This document shows positions 7,830-14,650 of a stretch of 19,163 nt of DNA, in pieces. The translations under genes were made by a program, and so were the position numbers. The notes below the pieces were generated by a model that saw nothing but the letters and a program-made list of their open reading frames with translations, did no database searches and was not told the origin of the DNA. Origin of the DNA: an uncultured bacterium (GTDB lineage: Bacteria > CSSED10-310 > CAZUFC01); contig CAZUFC010000143.1 of NCBI GenBank assembly GCA_964619725.1, forward strand, positions 1 to 19,163, written 5' to 3'. Within the stretch, counting starts at the first letter, position 1. Each line of letters opens with the position of its first letter.

Positions 7830-9082
7830 ATCCTGTCTGAACTTGCAGAATCAGAAGATTCGGCATTCTGTGATCCGTCAACGCCTTCTTTGGACTGAAT
7901 CATGGGGGATTTTGGGGGATTCTTGCCGGAGCAGCCGTGATTCTTTTTTGAACGGATAAAGTCTGCTATAAGACGGGCGGCGCGTTGGGAAGCTCCGGGT
8001 TCTCCCAATTTTGCGGAGACTTCCTTGAGTCCTTCGACGATTCTGGATCGTTGAGGTTCCGACATCACGAATTCAAGCTCCCTGACTATATTTTCAGGCG
8101 TCACCTGGGATTGAATCAGTTCGGGAACCAATTTTCGTCCTGCAGTCAGGTTAGTTAAAGCGATATAGGGAACTTTGACCAGTCTTTTTGCGATGAAGTA
8201 ACTCAGTTTGGACATCTGATAACAGACGACCATGGGAGTGAAATGAAGGGCTGTTTCGAGGGTAGCTGTTCCGGAAGTGGTAACGACGGCTCGAGCGTTT
8301 TTTATGACGTTTGGACGCATTCCTTGGACGATGGGAAATGATATTCCCGTTTGCTGAAAAATTAAGCGCAATAGGTCATCGTCAATGGATTCGGCTTTAC
8401 AGATGACGGCCTGCAATTCGTTTCGTTCGCGGGTCATTTGCAGGGCGGCCTGCAGCATGGGCGGCAACATGCGTTGAATTTCCGATATTCTGCTTCCGGG
8501 CAAAAGCGCGATATAAGGTCGTTTCAAGTCTATGCCTTCAACTCTTTCCGCTTTATTCTCATTGCCCTCATCCTCATCATCGGGATACCTGTTCTTCAGC
8601 GGATGACCAATGAATTCGACTTCGATGCCGTAAGACGCGAAAAACTCCTTTTCAAAAGGCAGAATGACCGTCATCAAATCCGAAAAACGGGCCATTTTGA
8701 GGGTGCGTTTTCGTCGCCAGGCCCACAGTTGCGGACATATATGATAAATGACCGGTATGCCGGCGCTGTGAACCCGTTTGCCTATTCGAAAATTGAAATC
8801 AGGATAATCGATTAATACCAGGGCATCCGGTTTTTCCCTGATGATGCGTGATGCCGTTTCTTTGATTAACCGGCGTATCCGGGGAATATGCCGTATAACC
8901 TCGGTAATCCCCATGATGTTAAATTCAGACAGGTCCTGGAAAAGCTGAACCCCCTCAGCCTTCATCCGGCTGCCGCCTATCCCCTTCATGACTGTCCCGG
9001 GTCGTAAAAACTTCAATTCTCGCGCTAAGGCCGCGCCGTGTATATCGCCCGAAGTCTCTCCCGCTATGATGATAATCTTCAT
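7826..9082 (-). CDS. lpxB: Lipid-A-disaccharide synthase
   Basis: Motifs IAGETSGDIHG, IDYPDFN, PQLWAWR, ILPFE, FIGHPL, LLPGSRISE, SGTATLE, VPELIQ. Start moved to the ATG at 9082 (MKIIIIAGE), which matches the family N-terminus and follows GGGAGAGG. Confidence 0.96.
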   Translation of the reverse strand: MKIIIIAGETSGDIHGAALARELKFLRPGTVMKGIGGSRMKAEGVQLFQDLSEFNIMGITEVIRHIPRIRRLIKETASRIIREKPDALVLIDYPDFNFRIGKRVHSAGIPVIYHICPQLWAWRRKRTLKMARFSDLMTVILPFEKEFFASYGIEVEFIGHPLKNRYPDDEDEGNENKAERVEGIDLKRPYIALLPGSRISEIQRMLPPMLQAALQMTRERNELQAVICKAESIDDDLLRLIFQQTGISFPIVQGMRPNVIKNARAVVTTSGTATLETALHFTPMVVCYQMSKLSYFIAKRLVKVPYIALTNLTAGRKLVPELIQSQVTPENIVRELEFVMSEPQRSRIVEGLKEVSAKLGEPGASQRAARLIADFIRSKKNHGCSGKNPPKSPMIQSKEGVDGSQNAESSDSASSDRI

Positions 9083-9130
9083 GACCCTCTCCCGCTCCAA
9101 AACCGGAAATTCAGAACAATCTAACACAAT

Positions 9131-9154
9131 TAGCGCCTCTCCACAAACTCGATT
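9131..9154 (+). repeat. Dispersed 24-bp intergenic motif
   Basis: TAGCGCCTCTCCACAAACTCGATT is 21/24 identical to 453-476 (TAGTGCCTGTCCACTAACTCGATT). Confidence 0.75.
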
Positions 9155-9541
9155 TATCAATGAAATTTTCCGCTCGAATCAGAATATCCACATTCAGAAA
9201 ACAATTGTTCGGATTCCGCTGAGCAGGAATCACTCAGATCAACGCGGATAAGAGATGAAAAGATTGACAGATACTGTTGGCCGCATTTGAACAGACCCGA
9301 ATTTTATTGCAGTTTCCAAACCAAAAGATGGAACCGATATGAATTATACACTGTATAGTCGAGTTATACACTTTTGATCATTGCTGGGTGGAGAATTGCA
9401 TCATGGCCGGCGTTCAGGAGCTGTTTTATATCGTGAGTCCTGACGCTGCTTTTGCGTTTATCCGTCAGCGGTTTCGGGAGTTTTTCGGTTTTTCGCATAT
9501 GAAAAAACATGCTTTTTTACTTTTCCTGTTTGATGCGGAGT

Positions 9542-9558
9542 TTGGCCTGAGTTTTGCT
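9542..9558 (+). promoter_or_regulatory. Candidate sigma54 (-24/-12) promoter
   Basis: TTGGCCTGAGTTTTGCT has GG at 9544-45 and GC at 9556-57, exactly GG-N10-GC, with TGGC and TTGCT contexts. It ends 37 bp before the ATG at 9596. Confidence 0.6.
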
Positions 9559-9595
9559 ATTAAGTTACCCGGCATTTGTCGAAGGGAGTGAGCTA

Positions 9596-10051
9596 ATGAA
9601 TAATTCAACAAATGAAACGAAAGTATTAGTAGTTGACGACGAGCCTGTGGTTTGCCGCAGCGTCAAAAAGATTCTGTCGAAATATGAAAATTTCAGAATT
9701 GACGAGGCTCTTGATGCCAAATCCGCTTTGGACAAGATAGAGCATGATCGTTATGGAATCATTTTCGCAGATATGATCATGCCTGAAGTAGGCGGTATGG
9801 ACCTTCTTAAGATCGTGAAGGAGAAACATCCTGAGATCAGTTTCGTAATGATTACAGGATACGCCACCATAAAAACTGCAGTGCAGTCGATCAAATTCGG
9901 GGCATTGGATTACCTGCCCAAACCTTTTACTCCGGATGAATTGAAATTCGTTGCCGACAGAGCCTTAAAAAACTATAGAAACTACGTCAAAGAGCACACA
10001 TACGATTCCATTGAACTGACAAGCGAAGCGGATGCGCATTACGCCATCTGA
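9596..10051 (+). CDS. Response regulator receiver (NtrC-like REC) with a short tail and no output domain
   Basis: Motifs VLVVDDE, ADMIMPEVGGMDLL (phosphoacceptor Asp), MITGY, GALDYLPKPF. Start set at the ATG at 9596 after AGGGAG; 151 aa. Confidence 0.9.
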   Translation: MNNSTNETKVLVVDDEPVVCRSVKKILSKYENFRIDEALDAKSALDKIEHDRYGIIFADMIMPEVGGMDLLKIVKEKHPEISFVMITGYATIKTAVQSIKFGALDYLPKPFTPDELKFVADRALKNYRNYVKEHTYDSIELTSEADAHYAI

Positions 10052-10074
10052 ATTAGAGCGGAGTTAGTCCGTAA

Positions 10075-10126
10075 GCGCCTGCCCGTCAAATCATATTCGA
10101 TTAAAAATGCTTTGACGGTCAGGCGC
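10075..10126. repeat. 52-bp inverted repeat or mini-element downstream of the response regulator
   Basis: GCGCCTGCCCGTCAAA (10075-10090) and TTTGACGGTCAGGCGC (10111-10126) are 15/16 complementary with a 20-nt AT-rich loop and no U-tract. Confidence 0.75.
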
Positions 10127-10261
10127 GTGAATATGCCGGATGATCGATGCCGGAATTTGACTGCCGTAAGGCGGTTGACGCCAATGATTTGACTTTTTCC
10201 TGTTAATCATTAAATATTTAAACGCGACCGGGGTATTGAAACTGAGATCAAGGAGTAAATA

Positions 10262-12193
10262 ATGAAATTGAAAAAGGCGACGAAATTTATGCTTTTATGC
10301 GGTATTCTTGTTTTCATTTTTCCGGAACAAGCAATATTCGCTCAGTTTTCCCCGGACCCTCCGATAGACCTGGTGGATTTAAACGGTCGGAATTATGCGC
10401 AATCCGATCCCCAGGCTGTTGTCGGAGCATATTCTCGAAACGACATTTATTTTTGTTGGACCGACCTGCGTGAAGGCATGCCTAAAATATACCATACCAG
10501 GAGTATGAACGACGGACAGGACCTTCCTCAGCCGAATTACAGAATGGACCCTGAATGCCAGACATGCACGCAAATGTATCCTCAATTAATGACGGATAAA
10601 TATATGGGGACCGTTTATGCCTGTTTTCAGGAAAAAGACCCGCCTCAATTTGAGGAATTCGGGATTTACATGATGCGGAGCGAGAATTTCGGTTTGAATT
10701 ATGAATACAAGGTACGAATAAACGATGCGAATGAGGAGAGCATTAAACCGTCGATCGGTTTATCTGATTTCGGAAGGATATATGCGGTATGGACAAAGTT
10801 GGGAATGAATTCGACGGAGATAATGTTCGACAGAAGCACGGACGGCGGGAACACTTTTGGAAACGACATAATGGTGACGAATGATGATTATTCGGATAAT
10901 AATCCCGACATAGCCGTTTACAGCGGATTTGCGGATGATCAGATATGGGCGGTATGGGAAAGGGATGCGGGATTCGGCAGCAGTATTGCAGTCGCCAGGA
11001 GCGACGACAGCGGATACACGTGGTCTCAGGCGGCTTCTGTGTTCATGTCGCCTAACAACCAATACGATCCAAAAATAGAGATTAACGGACCGCGTTTCGG
11101 CGAACCGTTATCGATATATGTGACCTGGTCGGAACAAGTTTCAACCAGGGAGGCAATTTTCGTCGCCAAGTCCACGAACGGAGGCATGTCTTTCGATCTG
11201 GCGCAACCGGTCAATGAGAATCCGGGAGCGTTTGAAACAGGCCCGGCGGCTTTCAGCGTTGATTTTGACGGCGATCCTTACGTCTTCTGGCCGGAAAGAA
11301 ACGAACCTCCTCATTTGAAGATATCAGGGACATACAGTTGGGACCACGGCTTTGTATTCGCCCCGCCGACTTTTCTGACCCCGGAAATGTTTCCGGGAGA
11401 TGCGCGGCAGACTGATGTTTACGTTTCTCTACAGAAATACGCCTACATCGTCTATCAGCAAACCGGCTTTAATCCTGAAGCTCCTACGATTCTTTTCAAG
11501 AAATCTTATCCTCCTTTTGACGACAGTTTTAACGACGCGACGTTCGACGATTGGTCCGATTATTCCGGGATCGCCCAGAGTTCGAATCAGTTTCATGATC
11601 CGCTCGGAAATGCCTGTCAGTTCGGCGTTCCCGACAAGGGTCGACTTGCGGGCTTGCTTGAAAACACCTACGCTTCCCAGCAGGCAGGCATAGTTGATTT
11701 CTGGTTTTATGACGGGTATCCCGGCGCCGGATACATCAGCGCCGACTTTACCGTTACTCTCGAACAGCAATCTCCCGCCAAAGAAGGCGTCGTCCGTATT
11801 CTCGGCGTCGTCAATTCCAGCGACCCCCATACCTATTCCGTTTATGACGGCTCGAATTACAGTTCCACAGGCATTAGCAGAAGCGCCGGATGGCATAGAG
11901 TCATCATTCAAACTTCATCCGGCGGAATCACCATGCTGCTTGATGCCGCGAATTTCCCGGGAGGGCAACCCGTGTATACCGATACGTCTTTCACCTGGTT
12001 CGACAGGATCGCCTTCGAAGGCGGTACCGAAACCACGCCTTATTACCTGGACAGCGTTAGATTCTGGCTCGACGGTTCATTGACCGTTCCGGCAATCTCC
12101 AGCGCCGGCGCCCTCTTCCTGCTCCTCGCTCTTTCCCTGACCGTATTATACGTTAAAAGAAAACAAATCAGCGCTATTAACCCCACTCAATAA
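10262..12193 (+). CDS. Secreted BNR/Asp-box (sialidase-like beta-propeller) protein with a beta-rich C-terminal domain and an IPTL-CTERM-like membrane anchor
   Basis: Signal peptide. Six Asp-box-like motifs: SMNDGQD, SENFGLNY, STDGGNTF, SDDSGYTW, STNGGMSF, SWDHGFVF. C-terminus VPAISSAG, then a hydrophobic helix, then KRK. AAGGAG RBS. Confidence 0.8.
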   Translation: MKLKKATKFMLLCGILVFIFPEQAIFAQFSPDPPIDLVDLNGRNYAQSDPQAVVGAYSRNDIYFCWTDLREGMPKIYHTRSMNDGQDLPQPNYRMDPECQTCTQMYPQLMTDKYMGTVYACFQEKDPPQFEEFGIYMMRSENFGLNYEYKVRINDANEESIKPSIGLSDFGRIYAVWTKLGMNSTEIMFDRSTDGGNTFGNDIMVTNDDYSDNNPDIAVYSGFADDQIWAVWERDAGFGSSIAVARSDDSGYTWSQAASVFMSPNNQYDPKIEINGPRFGEPLSIYVTWSEQVSTREAIFVAKSTNGGMSFDLAQPVNENPGAFETGPAAFSVDFDGDPYVFWPERNEPPHLKISGTYSWDHGFVFAPPTFLTPEMFPGDARQTDVYVSLQKYAYIVYQQTGFNPEAPTILFKKSYPPFDDSFNDATFDDWSDYSGIAQSSNQFHDPLGNACQFGVPDKGRLAGLLENTYASQQAGIVDFWFYDGYPGAGYISADFTVTLEQQSPAKEGVVRILGVVNSSDPHTYSVYDGSNYSSTGISRSAGWHRVIIQTSSGGITMLLDAANFPGGQPVYTDTSFTWFDRIAFEGGTETTPYYLDSVRFWLDGSLTVPAISSAGALFLLLALSLTVLYVKRKQISAINPTQ

Positions 12194-12200
12194 CGCTGAT
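12167..12200. terminator. Hairpin at the convergent junction of the BNR and PilZ genes (possible terminator or 3'-stabilising stem)
   Basis: ATCAGCGCTATT (12167-12178) and AATAACGCTGAT (12189-12200) are 11/12 complementary with a 10-nt loop. A weak T-rich run follows on the minus strand only. Confidence 0.35.
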
Positions 12201-12204
12201 GAAT

Positions 12205-12546
12205 CTAATTCCCGTTATCAGAATTGTTTTTCCTCAGACGAACAAGTTCTATGCCGACCTGATAAGCCTCTCCCTTCAAATCCGGACGCGAATACACCAC
12301 CTTCCCCAATGCTGAAATCGTCGTATTTTTCTTCACGTTCTTTAATGCAAGATACAAATAAGAATTTTCCTTTAACGGCTCATTCGTTACTATCATAGCC
12401 CCGTTGCGGCTTACGTTCACCGTCCTGCCGCTCTTCGTTTCAGTCCCCTCCGTCTCTCCAGTCAAATAATCCACATGCATATCGGAGGACACGCGTTTCG
12501 ACTTTCTTTTCTCTTTTGTAAATTGATCCCCTGAAGTCTCGTTCAT
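12205..12546 (-). CDS. Stand-alone PilZ domain protein (putative c-di-GMP receptor)
   Basis: 113 aa with RxxxR (RKSKR) and D/NxSxxG (NVSRNG) motifs, plus GKVVY and YQVGIEL strands. GAAGGAG RBS. Confidence 0.88.
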   Translation of the reverse strand: MNETSGDQFTKEKRKSKRVSSDMHVDYLTGETEGTETKSGRTVNVSRNGAMIVTNEPLKENSYLYLALKNVKKNTTISALGKVVYSRPDLKGEAYQVGIELVRLRKNNSDNGN

Positions 12547-12596
12547 ACTTTAACTCCTTCACACAAGTCTGGTTGTAGCTCGCCTACCCAGTATCC

Positions 12597-12661
12597 TTTT
12601 TACAAAAAAACAAAAAAATTGTCAATTTCAACTCCGGGTAATGTAAAAAAATATTTTTACA
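12597..12661 (-). promoter_or_regulatory. Candidate promoter and palindromic operator upstream of the PilZ gene
   Basis: Minus-strand TTGACA (12625-12620), 17 nt, then a weak -10 TAAAAA. Palindrome TGTAAAAA-AATA-TTTTTACA at 12642-12661. Confidence 0.35.
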
Positions 12662-12795
12662 GCGAACTGATTTTTCCTGTTTCGTAAAATTTTCATCTCA
12701 AGTGAAAGAGGCGACAGGAACGAAAAAGATGCGGGTTTCGATAAGGACATCGACTGGCGGCAAAGCGTAACGCAGGGGAGGAATTTCAGTAACGC

Positions 12796-12819
12796 TGTCG
12801 CCTGTCCACAAACTCGAAT
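12796..12819 (+). repeat. Dispersed 24-bp intergenic motif, third copy
   Basis: TGTCGCCTGTCCACAAACTCGAAT shares the GCCT(G/C)TCCAC(A/T)AACTCGA core with 453-476 and 9131-9154. Confidence 0.75.
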
Positions 12820-12850
12820 AGTCTGTTAAAAAGGACTTATGGTGCGTACT

Positions 12851-14173
12851 TTAACGAATATATCCCAAAGATTTCAGGGATTCGATCTGTTGATCATCCA
12901 GTTCGATTTTAACTTGCTCGCTGAAATAGTGAGAGCAATGTATTTCAAAGTCCATGAACTTTTTGAGCAATTTTTCGGCTAATACAGGATGTTGTGTATA
13001 GATATTCTGATTTTCCTGCGGATCATTTTCCAGGTTGTAAAGGGCTTTATTATTGGGATCGACATGAAGCGCTTTCCAGGGTCCGTGAAGTACGGCCCGG
13101 AAAATCTGCTGGAAGTCCTGGTTCTGTTTGTTGTCGAGGTATGAAAAAGCGGTTTCCGGCTTTTCATCCGGTTTTTTCCGTTTGAGAAAATCCATCAGGC
13201 TTTGTCCTGCGGATTCATTTATGGGGTCAAGTTCCAGATAATCGATCAGTGTCGGCAGAATATCCATATTGGAAACAATTGAGTTAATGCTGACAGGACG
13301 GGCAGCGCCCGTCGGCAATCTGATCAACAGGGGTACGTGAATGACCGAGTTATGAAGGGAAAAACCATGCCCGAATCTATGGGTTTCCCATAGTTCCTCC
13401 CCGTGGTCTGATGTAAGAACGAATATGGTATCATCCAGCCAGTCGAATTTGATAAAAAGTTCTTCCAAATGTTCGTCCACATACCGTATTTCGCTGTCGT
13501 ATTTTGACTTGTAATCTTCCGGGAACTCAGGTTTCTTCTCATACAGAGGCGGACGACCGTGAGCCGGCTGATGCGGATCGTTATAATGCAAATAAATAAA
13601 ATAAGGATCGGCATTTCTGATTTCATTCGTCCAGGACATCAAGGCTTCATTGACGCGTTCCGCACCCTGGTAAGTAAAATTAGCGAATTTGTCGAAACCC
13701 CGGCTGAAACCTTCCGCTTCACATATGTTAAGATTATCGGTTACGGCGAATGTTTTGTAACCGGCATTTTTCAACTTTTCCGGAATAGTCGTGAGGGAAT
13801 CGGGGATTCTGTTGATGAGGGCCGACGGATTCGTTTTAAGTTCTTTCTGGAAAGCCAGCATTCCATTGACTACGCCGTGCTGGAAAGGATAAACGGAAGT
13901 GAATATTGAAGCTGTGGAAGGCGGGGTCCAGGATGAAGCTGAGTAAGCATTGATGAAGAGATAGCTGGACCGGGACAAATCAGAGAGGAAAGGAGCGGTT
14001 TCCCGATCGTAGCCGTAAAAGGGCAGTCTGTCCGCGCGCAATGTATCGATGACCGCCAGGACGATATTGGGTTTTTTAGGGGCTAGTTTCGCTGACTGAT
14101 CTGAATTATGAAGCGTGACCGCAAGAAAACAGAGAATCAGGATCAAAAGGATTGTTTGGATATTCTTTTTCAT
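12851..14173 (-). CDS. Sulfatase-like alkaline-phosphatase-superfamily protein, exported or membrane-anchored, non-canonical active site
   Basis: Motifs PNIVLAVIDTLRADRL, SWTPPSTASIFTS, HYNDPH, YDSEIRYVD, TSDHGE, HVPLLI, DILPT, LYNLENDPQE and C-terminal LKSLGY. Start set at MKKNIQ (14173), which precedes a hydrophobic helix. Confidence 0.88.
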   Translation of the reverse strand: MKKNIQTILLILILCFLAVTLHNSDQSAKLAPKKPNIVLAVIDTLRADRLPFYGYDRETAPFLSDLSRSSYLFINAYSASSWTPPSTASIFTSVYPFQHGVVNGMLAFQKELKTNPSALINRIPDSLTTIPEKLKNAGYKTFAVTDNLNICEAEGFSRGFDKFANFTYQGAERVNEALMSWTNEIRNADPYFIYLHYNDPHQPAHGRPPLYEKKPEFPEDYKSKYDSEIRYVDEHLEELFIKFDWLDDTIFVLTSDHGEELWETHRFGHGFSLHNSVIHVPLLIRLPTGAARPVSINSIVSNMDILPTLIDYLELDPINESAGQSLMDFLKRKKPDEKPETAFSYLDNKQNQDFQQIFRAVLHGPWKALHVDPNNKALYNLENDPQENQNIYTQHPVLAEKLLKKFMDFEIHCSHYFSEQVKIELDDQQIESLKSLGYIR

Positions 14174-14536
14174 TTTTTCAAATTCACTGAAGCAGGAGTC
14201 GCTTTGCCGCAGAAGCAAAGTAAATAAATTGTAACGGATAATCGGTTTGCGACCAAGTAAAAGTTTTCAAAGTCCGCGATTATACAGGCATATTTTTTAG
14301 GGAAATCCTGCGCCGGCAGTGGATAAGGCCGCTCATCACGGATAAAAGAAGCAGAGATTCGCCAAAATTATGAATCCTGTTCGATCAGCTCAAGGCGAAC
14401 GACTGCAAAGAGGTTGAGTTTCTCATTATGGATTGATAGATTTTATGTACAGAGGAGCGGGAATGCAAGTTGCGATCATCAGGATCATGTTTTTCCCGGC
14501 ATACGAGTCATTGAATGGGAGAGGGAAAATGAATCG

Positions 14537-14590
14537 GCGCCTGTTCAAAAGCAGAATTGAAATCAGCATTTGAGTTTATTGACGGGGCGC
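14537..14590. repeat. 54-bp degenerate mini-element upstream of hutU
   Basis: GCGCCTGTTCAAAAGC ... GAGTTTATTGACGGGGCGC. It has the same GCGCC...GGCGC ends and similar size to 10075-10126, and its right arm reverse-complements to ...GTCAATAAACTC, like the 24-bp motif. Confidence 0.5.
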
Positions 14591-14650
14591 TGATCAGGAT
14601 CGATTTAACGGTTAATGACGAATAATTAATGGAAACTTTGGAGTAGAGAC

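Noticed and set aside
9083-9160. N-terminal extensions in the ORF track for lpxB (also 9554, 14218 and 18948 starts for other genes)
   Set aside because: Downstream ATGs match family N-termini and, except for the sulfatase-like gene, have clear RBSs. The lpxB extension also runs through the 24-bp repeat.
10075-10126. Rho-independent terminator after the response regulator
   Set aside because: The loop is 20 nt and there is no U-tract on either strand, so it is recorded as a repeat-family hairpin instead.
10049-10192. Selenocysteine read-through of the response regulator TGA (open frame continues, small hairpin GCGGA-GTTAG-TCCGT)
   Set aside because: The hairpin is short and close to the UGA, the position is not a Cys-equivalent site, and the extension translates a palindromic repeat.
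12748-12808. ZTP (pfl) riboswitch-like string GACTGGCG...GCGTAACGC-AGGGGAG...CGCCTG
   Set aside because: P1 and P3 do not pair, the terminal GGGC is absent, and there is no downstream plus-strand gene. The bases are better explained by two abutting repeat elements. An Rfam cmscan would settle it.
14441-14452. HutC-like operator TTTTATGTACAG upstream of hutU
   Set aside because: It mismatches the conserved G of TGTA-N2-TACA, is a single copy in AT-rich DNA, and no hutC is in the window.
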